A stretch of DNA of 64,000 bases, taken from assembly GCA_013265495.1 (NCBI GenBank), contig MU058059.1, forward strand, positions 1,773,502 to 1,837,501. Reading direction: 5' to 3'. The notes below the pieces were generated by a model. It worked only from the letters and a program-made list of their open reading frames with translations, did not search any database and was not told the DNA's origin. This DNA is from Vicugna vicugna. Its lineage: Eukaryota. Below, in pieces: positions 41,006-53,072 of this stretch (position 1 is the stretch's first letter; the number at the start of each line of letters is the position of its first letter). A program made the translations under genes and the position numbers.

Positions 41006-42924
41006 GTAAGTTACAGCAGAAGAATTGGGGGTAGGGGTGAAAAAAGAAGCCATTTCTTTAAGACAGTCATGCAAAACTCCAAAGCAATGAAATATAATTA
41101 AGATGGCTGGACACCCACAGCTGTCAACACACCTGTCTACCTTGAACAGATTTGTAGGAAGACATTTAGCAATTAATGAACTGAAGTGTAATAGTTAAAG
41201 CCACAAAAAACTACATGCTCTATAAAAGCAGATACTGCGCGGTGTACTGTTTACACGTATTTACATGCAATATAATGTGTATGCGCAGGTGGACAGTAAT
41301 CATTCTGCATAATAAAACTGGGGGAAAAGCAGGCCCTGTTATCAAACACATTTTGGAAATGCTGTATATCACATCTCCCTCTTACAGATTTAAAATGCTC
41401 ATCACTCTATTAATATCTGAAGGAAGAAGTCTCACGGTAAAGAAAAATTTTATTTCGTTGTTTGACCCTAAACTCCTTTTAAGAAGTAATTGTTAACGTC
41501 CTGTGTTACTGGTACACTTTGGAACCTGTGGAGCACTTTTTGATTAATGCTGCCGTAGGTGATATTGGCACCAGTTAAGATGCTTACCATGATAGGATCT
41601 GTCTTATCATTTTAGAGTGTAGTTTGATTACACAAGAATGGCTTTCTGGATAAAATGTCCAGTAATTCAGGCATCTACTCTGACCATAGTTTCATATTTG
41701 AATTTTAGAGGTACATATAATTTGTCAACAGTATAAAATGACGTAATTTATGTTCCTGGATAATAAGCCTATGTTTAGACAGCATTTGGGGCAAGAAATA
41801 AAGAAACATAGGGTTTTTAAAAAAAAGATACATACTTAGGAAACCAGTTATGGTAGGCATTTCTTTATGACATTTAGTTTCTTTACATTTTTATTTTATT
41901 TAAAAAAATTCTTGTAGAAATGTTGGCTCTGAATCACAGGTCCACAAGGTGTGGACCTCGAGTCACAGCACAGCTGTAGGTGTCCTCAGGTTGTCTGACC
42001 TTTTCCTGGTGCAGGGGGAACACCAGGCACCTTATTTCTGACCACACTCTTCACCCTTAGTGTCCAGTGCCCCTCCTGCTTCCCCATCCCCTGCTTTTTC
42101 CCAGAGCCCCCTCTACTCCCCATTTACCCAGAGGAGCGCGAGGTCAGGCAGGCCCTGGGGGAAAGATCGGGCTTCTGTCAGTTTACAGCTAGGAAAGATT
42201 GCTTTACTTACGGTTTAGCCAGAGCTTTTTCTTGCATCTGTCTTTACTTGCATTTCTGTCCTGAGCTGTCTCTTCTCTCTCGGTGGAGCTTGTGTACTCT
42301 GTTTTCCCCTTAATTTTTCCATCCTCACATTCCCTCTCCTAACTTCCTCCCGGGTAGAAAAATCAAAATGGTGAATCGCAGTAGGTTCCCTCCCCTGCTA
42401 CTGGGGATGGTACTGGGGAGAGACTTCGTTTAAAGGGCTATCTGCACATATTGAACCCAGATATGGTTACTCACACATTCAGTTGTTTTCTCTCATAATT
42501 TGAAGGAAATAGCAGTTGTCTATATCAAAAGTTCCTCCACTTGATGAGGAGGGAGGTGGATTTCGGAGAAGAATTTACTTCATTCCTAGAATACCTCCCC
42601 TCTACCACCGCTCGTGGGAATGCTGCTGGGATTCTTTTCCTATTTTTAGTTGTGTTTTGTTGACTCTACTAGGTTTTAGGAGAGAGAGACTTGGTCATCT
42701 GACTTAACTCTTGCATTATATCCTAGAATGTAATCCCTACTGTTTACAGAAATAACTCCTTTTTATATTAAAATTATCCACAATCTGCTCCCTGCTGATA
42801 TTTCCAACCTTTAGTTCCCTTGACTTAACTAACCGTCCTCTACTTTTGAAAACAAATGAACTTTCTCTTTCAAGAACATACTTTGAGTTTTCCAGCGGTA
42901 AAATTTTTTTAGTCTTTTCTCATC

Positions 42925-43730
42925 TTTTAAAATGGGCAAAAGGTTTAAATAGACACTTCAGCAAGGAAGACTCATGGATGAAAAACCATCTCATGGGAAG
43001 TGCTCAGTATCATTAGTGATTATGGAAACGCATATAAAGCCACAGTGAGATGTCTCTATAAACCTTGTCAAAGGGCTAAATTTACAAAGACTGACCATAT
43101 CGATTGGTACTAAGGATGCAGAGTAACTGGAACTCTCATACGTTGTTGGTGGGAACGTAAATGGCCCACACGCTTTGGAAAATAATTTGGTAGCTTCTTA
43201 AAATACTAAACCTGGGCCTACCACAGAGACCCAGCCATTCTACTCATAGATAATGTATATTCATACAAAGATCTATTCACAAATGTTTATAGCATAATAG
43301 CCCCAAGCTGGAAACAACCCAGTTTTATCTACAGGTAAATAGATGAACAAACTGTGATATATTCATACAATGGAATATTTTTCAGCAGTAGAAAGCAGTG
43401 ATACACACAACATGGATGGATCTCAAAACAAGCATACCATGTGAAAGAAGCCAGACAAAGAAAGATTTGACTTAGATGAAATTATAGGAAGTCTAAACTA
43501 ACCTATATCGAGGGAGAGGTCAGTGATTGCCTGGTGGGTGAGGAGGGGAAGGAAGCAGACATGACAGAGGGGCAGGAGGACATTTCAGAGTGCTGGCTTT
43601 GCTCATTGTCTTGACTGGCAATGGTTTCATAGGTCTAGATATTTTTCAAAACACATCAAATTGTATACTTTATACTCTTTAAATATGTGCAGTTAATTGT
43701 ATGCCAGTTATACCTCAAGAAACCTTTAAA
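42925..43730 (+). mobile_element. L1 3' end (L1ME/MB-like), sense orientation
   Basis: aaaatgggcaaaaggtttaaatagacacttca...aactggaactctcatacgttgttggtgggaa...aattgtatgccagttatacctcaa. Confidence 0.85.
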
Positions 43731-44139
43731 AAGAGTCCATATAATATTTTATGGTTTCATTACTATCCAACATACTTCTTTTGCAATAAGCTACTTATAA
43801 TAAAGGAATTGTCCATTCACGTATTATATGTGGTTGAGTCTTGACTGTAAATCACAAATGCCACAAAATCTGGGCATTTACAAAAGATTTATTTAGAAAA
43901 GGTATATAACCCAATCTACAGTCATCACAAACTATCCTACAAATCACTTGTATAGATAAAAGAAAACATTTCCCTATGTGTCATCAACATAAATGTTAGT
44001 CATTTGAGGTGTTAGTTTACTCAAAAGGCAAAGTAGTCGATCTAGTTTATTTCCAATGTCTTAAGTGAAAATCAAATAGCTATACTTACTATTGATTCAT
44101 AGTTCACTGCAAAATACAATCATACCATCTGTCAAAAAT

Positions 44140-44480
44140 TATCACTTACAGCTGTATTTGCTTTATAGAAAAGAAAATCTGGGAAACCATGATTTAAACA
44201 AGTAGGAGTTTGTTTTAATCACAAAACAAGCCAGGCTGGTACAAATGCAGTGGCAATCTTAGCATAAACATCTAACTTTCTCCTTTCATGCTGCCACCAT
44301 AGCATATGGATTTAATTCTTATACTTACAAGATGGTTAGCAAACTCTGGATACCATGCTGATGTTCCTGTTAGGGACATGTGCCAACTGACTGTTCATTA
44401 TTAATGGAAAACCTTAGCTCTCCTGAAAAACCTGTGCAGTAGAATTTCTCGTGTTGCTCATTGACCTACAGTTGCACTCT
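44140..44480. mobile_element. Old MLT1-like LTR, truncated copy in partial unit C
   Basis: Follows cactgcaaaatacaatcata as in the other units; gatttaaacaagtaggagtttg, caagatggttagc, gctcattgacc. Confidence 0.45.
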
Positions 44481-46211
44481 TAAATGACACTATTTGGGTT
44501 TCTTTTCTAATTTTGGTTGCCTGAATCTTACTCCTTTATAAGTAAGCTTTTTTTGTTTGCCCTCTCTGCACCGTTTTTTGAATTTTTGAATTTGAATTTT
44601 TTGCTGGAGTTCTGAACTTTTACAGGCATCTGCCTCTTGGTTCATTCATCTTGGTGACGGCTTAGTGAGTTCTTTCCTAAGAGCTGTTCTTTCTTTGACT
44701 TCTGGACATTGTCTTCTGTTATGTCTTAAATTATTTTTTTCTCTCTGTTTTCTATGCCCCCATTCTTCTAGAACATGTAGTAAATGGTTCTTGCTTTGCT
44801 TGAATTGAATTTCAGTATCCCCTACGTTTTTTTTTCATGTTAGTCTGTTTACTCTGATTTCTTCATCTTTATATTCCAGATTAGTAATTTTTTTTCTTGG
44901 TTATGATTCTGGTTTTTTTTTAGCTTGTCTCACTCCTTGTAAATTTCAGCAATGATATTTTTTTTTCCCAAAAACAACTTTTTTTCTCTCTGATTTACCG
45001 ACTATGGCAGCTGTAGTTTGTTGATTCATAGCAGCAATAGCCCCTTAAATCACTCGGAAGGTGAGAATTAAATTATTTTTAAGAAATCCAAATTACACAT
45101 TTGGATTGTTTCCAGTTTTGAGCTATTGTGAATAATGCTGCTGTGAACATTCCATGTAGTATAAAGGATGTGTATTCTCATTTCTTCTTGGTAAAGACGC
45201 AGCGTAGTTCAGATTGTTGGCAAACAAGCCACGTTCAGCCCTATCACCGATAGCTTTTAAACTCGGCAAGGAATAATTCGATAGGTAAATCAAAAATAGC
45301 TAAATTCTGTCTTTTAAAGAAGCATTTAACAGTAACAACAACAACAGAAACTTTTTTTTTAACATGTATCTTAAATGGAGGATGTTGTCAGTTAAGCTTG
45401 ATCCTTCTGGGTGAGCTTATACAGAAAAATAACAGACTACCATGTAAATCTTTTTTCAGTGTTTTCAGTATCAAGTAAGATACAAATATTTAGGTTTTTT
45501 CCTAGTACTTTCCAAATGTAAACGTCTTGTGTGGAGAACATGTTAACTTTGGGAATGTGTAGCAATAAGTGATAGAACAGTGGAGTTCTGCCTGAATGAA
45601 AGTACCATCTGACCAGGCCAGTGCACATCTCCCATTGGGCCGCAGCAGATGCCCGTGTTGTCTTCAGTACAGGGAGAGCTTCTGACTGAGACTGTGGATC
45701 CTCGGTGTTTTTTCCTGTCCGCCTTCTCAGTCCCTCCACCATACCCCGTCTGTCAGAATCCTGTCACAGCAGGAAGATGAGATGAGCCAGCAAAGGTTCC
45801 ATCTCAGGAAGCGCAGGGTGGGACGTGTTCATGAGGCAGGAGGTACCAGCACACTTTCAGGCAGAACTCCACCTTCCTGGGCCCCTACAGGTCTCTGCAG
45901 TCATGGGGCAAGTCTTCAGTGATTTTTGATTGATTACTGTAGGAAATTGCATAAGTTTCCTCTGCAATTGAGTAGATCAATTTTCCTAAAAGGCCAAAAT
46001 TGTTGATTGTGGTTTTGTGAGTGAGTGCCGTGTACTTAACTTTGAGGTGCGTAGAGGGGGAAGGTAGGTTAGTAAGCTCTCCTCACATGCAAAACAGTGA
46101 AGGGAATGAAGAGCTCTTCTTCATTCCAGGAAAAGCTAATGTCATTTTTCAGTCTCCCCTCCATGTCTTTGGTTGTGGTCTCCTGAGGTCCTTCTCTCTT
46201 AGACCTCTATA

Positions 46212-46499
46212 CAGTCCTCCCTCAGTATCCACAGGGGATTGGTTTCAGGACCCCCCAGGATACCAGAATCCATGGATGCCCAATCCCCTTATATAAATGG
46301 CATAATACTTGCATATAACCTACACACACCCTCCTCTATACTTTGTCATCTCAAGATTACTTCTCTGTAAATGGTTAAGGGCATGTGCAAAATTCAAGTT
46401 TTGTTTTGGGGAACTTTCTGGAATTTTTTTTTCAAATATTATCCATCCAGGTTGGTTGGATCTGCAAATGTAGAACCCAGGGAGGCAGAGGGTCAGCTG
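46212..46499 (+). mobile_element. MER2-like TcMar-Tigger element
   Basis: TA|cagtcctccctcagtatcc...gcagagggtcagctg|TA; terminal inverted repeats and TA target duplication. Confidence 0.85.
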
Positions 46500-47314
46500 T
46501 ACTCAAACTAGGAGTGCACATCCCCCCAAGGCAGTTAGTTCATTTCACTTAGACTGAATTTTGGTGGGGGGTTTCTAGGGTTGTATCTAGGGGCTGTCTG
46601 CATATTAAGGAGAGATGGTCCAGTTGGCTTCTAATTTGCAAACAAGTCTTAAAGCTGTTGCCTCTGGCCCTTTCCTGCTCTTTGTGCATCCTGTTACTTG
46701 TTTTTCTCTGCTTTCTCTAGAAATTTTCCTTTGTGCTGTTTCATGTAGAGGTTTTTATTTTACCAAACCAATTCTGTTTGCTTTTCATTCAGAAATTCCT
46801 AACAGTTGGTCTGCTGTGGAATTCTTTGCTTGTTTTTAGTGCTGTTAAAAATCTGTTCCTTTAAAAAATAAATGTTTTCTGCCATTTTTAGTGATTTGGG
46901 GTGGGAGGGGAGTTAGATGATTGTCAGGCTTGCCATCTTGACGTAAAACACAAGAAGTAGCACAGAAATTTATTTGTTCCTTTAAAGAAAAAAGAGTCCT
47001 TTGTTCATTTTATACAGTAATGCATACTGTTTATAGAAGATTTAGAAAATACGGTCAAGGAAGATGAGTGACAGTTTTTTAAAAGACAAAATTAATCAAA
47101 TTTAGTATCAGATATATTCAGTTTTGCAATAAGATTCCTTCAGTAAAGAAAAGAATATTCGTGTCTTAATTTCAGTAATGACATTTTGCACTAAAGCAGA
47201 AATCTTGTACTTCAAGCCTTATAAATGAAAAAAACTATTTGGTGCTATTGCTACTGAATTCTAATCACTGCAAAATACAGTTATAGGGTCTATTAAAAAA
47301 ATAAGATTAGACAA

Positions 47315-47761
47315 GTTAAGTATGTGTTTGGTTGCATGTAATAGAAAAGTAGGAGTTGCTTTGGTTCATATGGAGATGCTTAAGGGGGGTGGTCCAAGCC
47401 TGAGAGGGCAGCCACATGATGCACAGACCCAGCCATCTCTGCCATCCATCATCCTCATGGGAACAAGGAGCCTGCCAGCTCCAGGCTGTCATCTGTGCTG
47501 CTGTCATGAGCAGGTATGAGCTGACCCCATTCTTTTGGTCAGGAAAGCCATAACTTCTCTAGAAGCACTCTTGGTAAAATCACATTTCCACCTTGTTGAC
47601 CACACTTGTCACATGATCACTGTTAGCTGCACAGATCACTGTTAGCTGCACAGAAGCCTGGAAATCAAGTTCTTTGGTTGAACACCTAACTCCCTGAAAC
47701 AAAACCAAGATCTTTTTAAGGAAAATGGAGTTGCTGGCAGGCAGGAGCAGTGTCCGCCACA
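47315..47761. mobile_element. Old MLT1-like LTR, copy in duplication unit D
   Basis: tttggttgcatgtaatagaaaa...gctccagg...gtcacatgatcactgttagctgc...gcaggcaggagcagtgtccgccaca. Confidence 0.6.
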
Positions 47762-47930
47762 GAGGCCAGAGTCTAGCAGGGGGCTCACAATGATGATATC
47801 TGAAGGGCTGGTGCAGGTGCCCGTGATAACCTTGTATATTGCCACGCATATCTGAGTATATACACGAGGTGGCATACACAGGAGACAGCATTTGCCTGAA
47901 TAAGAATGGTACTTTCATTTCTCCATTTAG

Positions 47931-48020
47931 CCAGATGATGCTTCTCTCAACAGTACTACCTTGTCAGATGGGTCCCTGGATGAAGAAGAGGGTTTTGCAG
48001 TTCCGAGGAGTGGTTCCGTG
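47931..48020 (+). CDS. ARHGAP28: ARHGAP28 exon 5 (90 nt, phase 0-0)
   Basis: Acceptor ctccatttag|CCA, donor GTG|gtaagt; encodes PDDASLNSTTLSDGSLDEEEGFAVPRSGSV. Confidence 0.93.
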
Positions 48021-50739
48021 GTAAGTCATGCATGCCAAGACAGTTGCATGTCAGGACAAAACTGCAAGTTCAAGGCAAGAAGAAGCAGTTTCTTCAAAAC
48101 AGAGGAGAAAACATTGAACTAACATTGCAAGGTAAACCAAAGATACCAGTAGACCCACCAACCTTGTAACAGGAAGAAGGAGGCTTAAAACAGAATGAAT
48201 AGACTTCAGTTTAAAAGAGGACTGCATAAATTAATACCACTGCTACACTCAGAAACCAAAGGGTGTTCTCTAAAGCATCAAGCATGGTGGAATTTGTTAA
48301 CTTTGGTCCCCTTGGCTGAGTTCATGCAAAGGATCTGTACTAATTCTGCCATCTTAACTTAGAAGTCCTTTTACCTGCAGGATAAATTAAAATTTCCTCA
48401 TCCTGATATTGAAGGCTCTCCACTGTTGCCTACATACCCAGTGTTAGATCTCAGGACTCACTCATACAAACCCTCCACTTCAGACAAATTCACTCACTTG
48501 GCCTTGAGTAATGGAACTTCTACTTTTCTTTGTCTAAAACTGTCTTTTTCCCCCGTCTCCTCCCTTCCACTGGGCATCCCCACTTGGTGTCCCTGTGCAG
48601 AAGCTCTGCAGGGGTGACATAATGGACCATAAGTAAGAGACCCTGCTGGATGAGGTAGCGATTCTCCAATAAAAGGCGATGGAAGGGAGCAGATAGCAGG
48701 GCAGATGGGCAGATGGAGGGGGCACATTCAGTGTCCCAGGGGCAGTAGCTTCTCATCTGTTGTGCAGTTTGATAGACAGGGTAGGCGACATTCTCCCAGG
48801 ATAGCCCCACTGTTCAGGGAGAGAATGCTGTTAGCCCCATGTGAATGAGCTTTTCTGTTGTGTTTTCAAATTTTTGGTTATGAGGTTGTTTTGTTTGTCT
48901 CATGGTGATCATAGAAGAAGCATAAAATAATGTGAGTGACTTTTGTCAAAAGCACTACAGGTACAGCACACATAGGCTAAGAGTTACTCACAACTTCTGA
49001 CGTACTAGCCTTAAATTCAGCTGTCACTTCCTGGTTAAGACCACCCACTGGAATGCAGATGAGTGAGGATATCTCTGTTTTAGAGATAATCTCCAGTCCA
49101 CCCTCACTGATGAAAACAAAGTCAGTCAGTCACAAACTCTGGTAACTCCTAGAAATGAGGGGTTACCTGTAGTAGTCCTTACACGGTTGTGCTGTGCCCC
49201 TGTAATGAAGAACTCCTATTCTAAGTAAGGCCTGGCCCAGGAGCCTTCCTTTTCGGTCTCAGCTGGTGGTATCTGTGTCCAGGACTCAGCTCTAAGTGTT
49301 CTCCTCCCCTCCGCCTGGCTTCTCCCCTCTACGTGCCCATCTCTGAGACCTGTGGATTTCATCTCATCTGGTAAATAGTTCTAGAAAAGTTTTACTCCCC
49401 TCTTTTCCTGCAACTACTTCTTAGTGCAGAAACTCATCATCATCTTTCTGTGTTACTGAAGCAGCTGTCTAAGTGATCTCCCAGACTTTAGCTTATACCC
49501 TCCCATTTTACCCTCCTTGCAACTGCAAGTCATCCATCTGAAGTGTGAATCTTGCTTAATGCCTACAGCGTTTCCCCCAACACTTTCTAGTTAATGTGAG
49601 AGCTCCTGATGTAGTCTGACCCCTCGTCTGCCCCTAGCTGACTTTGCCTTTCATATAAGCAACAAGAAAGTACACTGAGTGGTTCCATGCACAGACAAAG
49701 CAGAACTTGAAGCAGGATGTCCGCACAGTTGAGCTACTAAGAAGAGGGGGTTGCGTAGGCCTGTTTTCTAGACTTTCCATGGCAGTTCCATGACTGCAGT
49801 TCCACTGCTAGTAGACCTTTGCTAGTCATGTTTTTCTATTTCTTCATTCTTTGCTGCTTGCTTCTCTATGTTACTGTTTCATTGATTCACTCATTTATTC
49901 AGTCACCAAATCCTCACAGAGCACACATTGTCTACAAATGGATTCTTGAAAGTTTAAGAGTGTATGAGAAAGAAAATGATCTTGGATGGCAGCTGTAGAT
50001 AGAGCTTCCTGGGGTAAATTAATCAGATTTCAATTTTGTTTTCATTTTGTTTTTCAGAAAACTGATTGAATGTTGATAATGACATAAGTAAAATTTCAGC
50101 AGTGTTGAGACTCAAAAAATTTTCATTGGTACCAGTCTCAAGTGTGACTTGCTTTGGATTGTTTGTTACTTAGAATATCTTTACTTAGAAATGTTTAAAA
50201 AATTGATTAGTTGCTGAAGTAGCCCACAGATGCCAATTCAAGCCTTTCTGCACATGTACTGAGAATCATTATGGAACTTCTTACCATGAGGTAGATACAG
50301 TTTGACTTCCTTGCTTCTCGGTTATAATGAGCCACCTCTGTTTGGTTCTCCAGTCTGTCCTAGATGGTGGATTTCCAGTAACTCAGTGAATGGTGGTGAG
50401 GGCTTCCAGGTTCTGGCTGTGATGCTCATAGAGGAAAACCCCACAGACAGTTTACTGTCGTCTCCGAGGCTCCAGAGGCTCCCAGCAACTTGCACTGTTA
50501 GAATTCATGTTGTGGAATAGGCAGTAGTAGGCAGCCTAACTTTATCTTTTCCAAGGGGTAACCTTGTCTTGACCAGTACCTTTCTTTTTCATCTTTTCTA
50601 CTTGTTTGATTTGCACTTTTATGATAAGTGGAATCTCTACATACACAGGGTCTATCTAAATGACTATGGCTCTATGGTTTGTTTATTTAAATCTGCTACA
50701 GTAAGTTCACCCTCACCGTTCTGAATCAAAATCTTCTTT

Positions 50740-52720
50740 CTTCTCAGAAATTTTTTCTTTCAGCTGAACCTTATAATAATGCTATCACTACCCATTAAAA
50801 AATCTTGGTAGGACTCCACTAAGAATTCTGTTGAATTTAAAGATTAATGTTGGGGAGGGAATTCGTATCTGAAAATATTGAGTCTTCCCATTGGGAAATA
50901 ATGATTGTGTCTTCCCACTTATTTGTATCTTCTGTGCTTCAATAAAATTCCATACTTTCCTTTCTTAACGTTTTTTCTTACATATTTTTTCATTGGTTAA
51001 TTACTAGGAACGTAATAGTTTCATTGGTGTTTTAAATGGTAGGAGTTTTTCATATCTTCCAGTTTGTTTTTGTGGGTACATAAGAAAGGCGTTTGTTTGT
51101 TTCTCACAAAAGTATCTCGTATCTTTCTTTCTGAAAATTTTTTTATCTCTTAGAATTTTTCATTTGATTTTATTCTTTGTGCAGAAATTGTCTAAAATAC
51201 TGAAAGTTTTGTTTGCACCAACTTTAAAATGCAGTTGGACCTCCTTATTTGTAGGTTCTGCACCCGTGGATTCAGATTGAATTGAAATTCAATTGAAAAT
51301 ATTTGGGGAAAAAATTTCAGAAAGTTCCAAAAAGCAAAACTTGAATTTGCTGTATACCAGCAACTATTTATATAACATTTACATTGTATTAGCTGTTATA
51401 CGTAATCTGGAGAGGCTTTAAAGTATACAGAAGGATGTGCATAGGTTACGTGCAAATACCACACCTTTTTATATAAGGAACTTGACTATTCATGGATTTT
51501 GGTATCCTTGGGGGTTCTGGAACAATCCCCCATGAATACCAAGGGACGATTGTAGTTATTCATCTTATTTACTTTCCTTATCTTATTAGACTGATCACAA
51601 TCACTTATAACATTGAATAATAACTGTGAGGATATTTTGATACATTTTTAATTGTCTCTGTTTCCTTGTGAGTTCTTCTAAGTTTCATTATTAAATAGAA
51701 TATTTGTTCTGGGTTTCTGAGCCTTGTAGTTGCTTTGATCAAGAATAGAGGTTGAATTATATCAAATGATTATTCATAATTTATTAAAATGAATATATTG
51801 GTTTTCATCTTTAAAAGGCAATTGCCTTAGGTGATTACATTGATAGGTTTTTCTAATGTGAACTGTAGTTTCGCTGCTTTGTTAAACCACACTTGTGTTA
51901 CATTATTCTTTTCTTACACTACTGAATATGATTCGCTACTGGTTTAGCATTTTAACCACTATTGTAATAGTGGATTAACCTATATATATATAATTTATTT
52001 TTGTTGTTACCAGAGTTATGCTAATCTTGGTACAAACATGTTGAGAACTTAGGATTTTTTCAGTATTTTGGAGCTGTTTATTAAACTTTGGTGTAAATAT
52101 ATAATCTGTAAAAACTGTTATGCATAATTTTATGCCAAGGTCTAGCATCATTGTAGGCCTAATGCTTTGGTTAATTTTTCAATGAATATGGCTTAAGGAT
52201 TATATTTCTTTGAGTCCCAACTTGTATGAATTTTGTTAGTGTGTATTTGTTTTAGTAAAATATCCAATTCATTTAGAGTTTCAATATGTGGTGTGTGTGT
52301 ACATATATACAAATACATGCACACACTTATTTAGGTGTATAATTTTAAAATTTTCTGTGAAGGTAACTATTATTCCTTTTTTGTTCCTAAAATTTATATC
52401 TTTTATCTCAGTCAGAACTGTAAATACTTGCCTGTGTTGGCAATAATTCTTTTAAAAAGTCACTACTTTTAACTAACTAGTCTACTTTTTCTATTGTGTT
52501 AACTTATTTAATTCTCCTTAATTTTTTTCATTCATTTTTGGATCTACTTGGATAATTTTTTCTTGTCTCTTGTATTATAAATATTTAATTTTAAACTTTG
52601 TTATTTGCATTTAAGATTAAGAAGTAATCTCTGAATAATACTTTGGCTATTCCCTTGGATTTTTGGAATTTATTGCTCTCATTGTCTTTAATGTTTTGTT
52701 TATAATTTCAGATATGATTC
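50740..52720 (-). mobile_element. Highly decayed L1 fragment with nested MER2
   Basis: gttgaatttaaagattaat...aatattgagtcttccca, gttgaattatatcaaatga antisense ORF2-like text. Confidence 0.6.
51232..51552 (-). mobile_element. MER2-like TcMar-Tigger element, inverted relative to the 46212 copy
   Basis: The reverse complement of its end (caatcgtcccttggtattcatgggggattgttccagaacccc) matches the start of the 46212 copy; aaagttccaaaaagcaaaacttgaatttgc core. Confidence 0.85.
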
Positions 52721-52848
52721 AGTTTTTAATCCAAGATAACATCACAATGCCTTTAGATTCACATTTGGATAGATGTAATTGTTATTATACTTTAAATTTC
52801 AAATTGATTGCAGATTTGTCAGTGAATGTGGCTTATTTAAGTTCATCT

Positions 52849-53072
52849 ATGGGGAATTTGGCACAGTGGTTGCAAGATGTGGGTTTATCTGTCCTGATCT
52901 CAGGTGCAGAAGAGGAATATGGGGAACCTTATCATCTGTATTGACTCAAGCACAGGCAGCTTTAGTATATAGAGTTATATATTATATAGCACATAGGTTC
53001 AAACCAGGAGGGAAAAACCAAACAGCCAGTAAGGAAGATCAGAAACACCTTTTGAGTCAGTGCATTTTTCCT
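52849..53072 (+). pseudogene. Degenerate duplicate of ARHGAP28 exon 3
   Basis: AQWLQDVGLSVLISGAEEEYG vs exon 3 AEWLQDVGLSALISGDEEEDG (40/45 nt identical over the first 15 codons); then indels and stops, with LTQAQAALV and QPVRKIRNTF*VS remnants; acceptor AG not retained. Confidence 0.92.

Noticed and set aside
47615..47652. Perfect 19-nt tandem duplication (gatcactgttagctgcaca x2)
   Set aside because: A simple slippage duplication inside an old LTR; two copies and no spacer.
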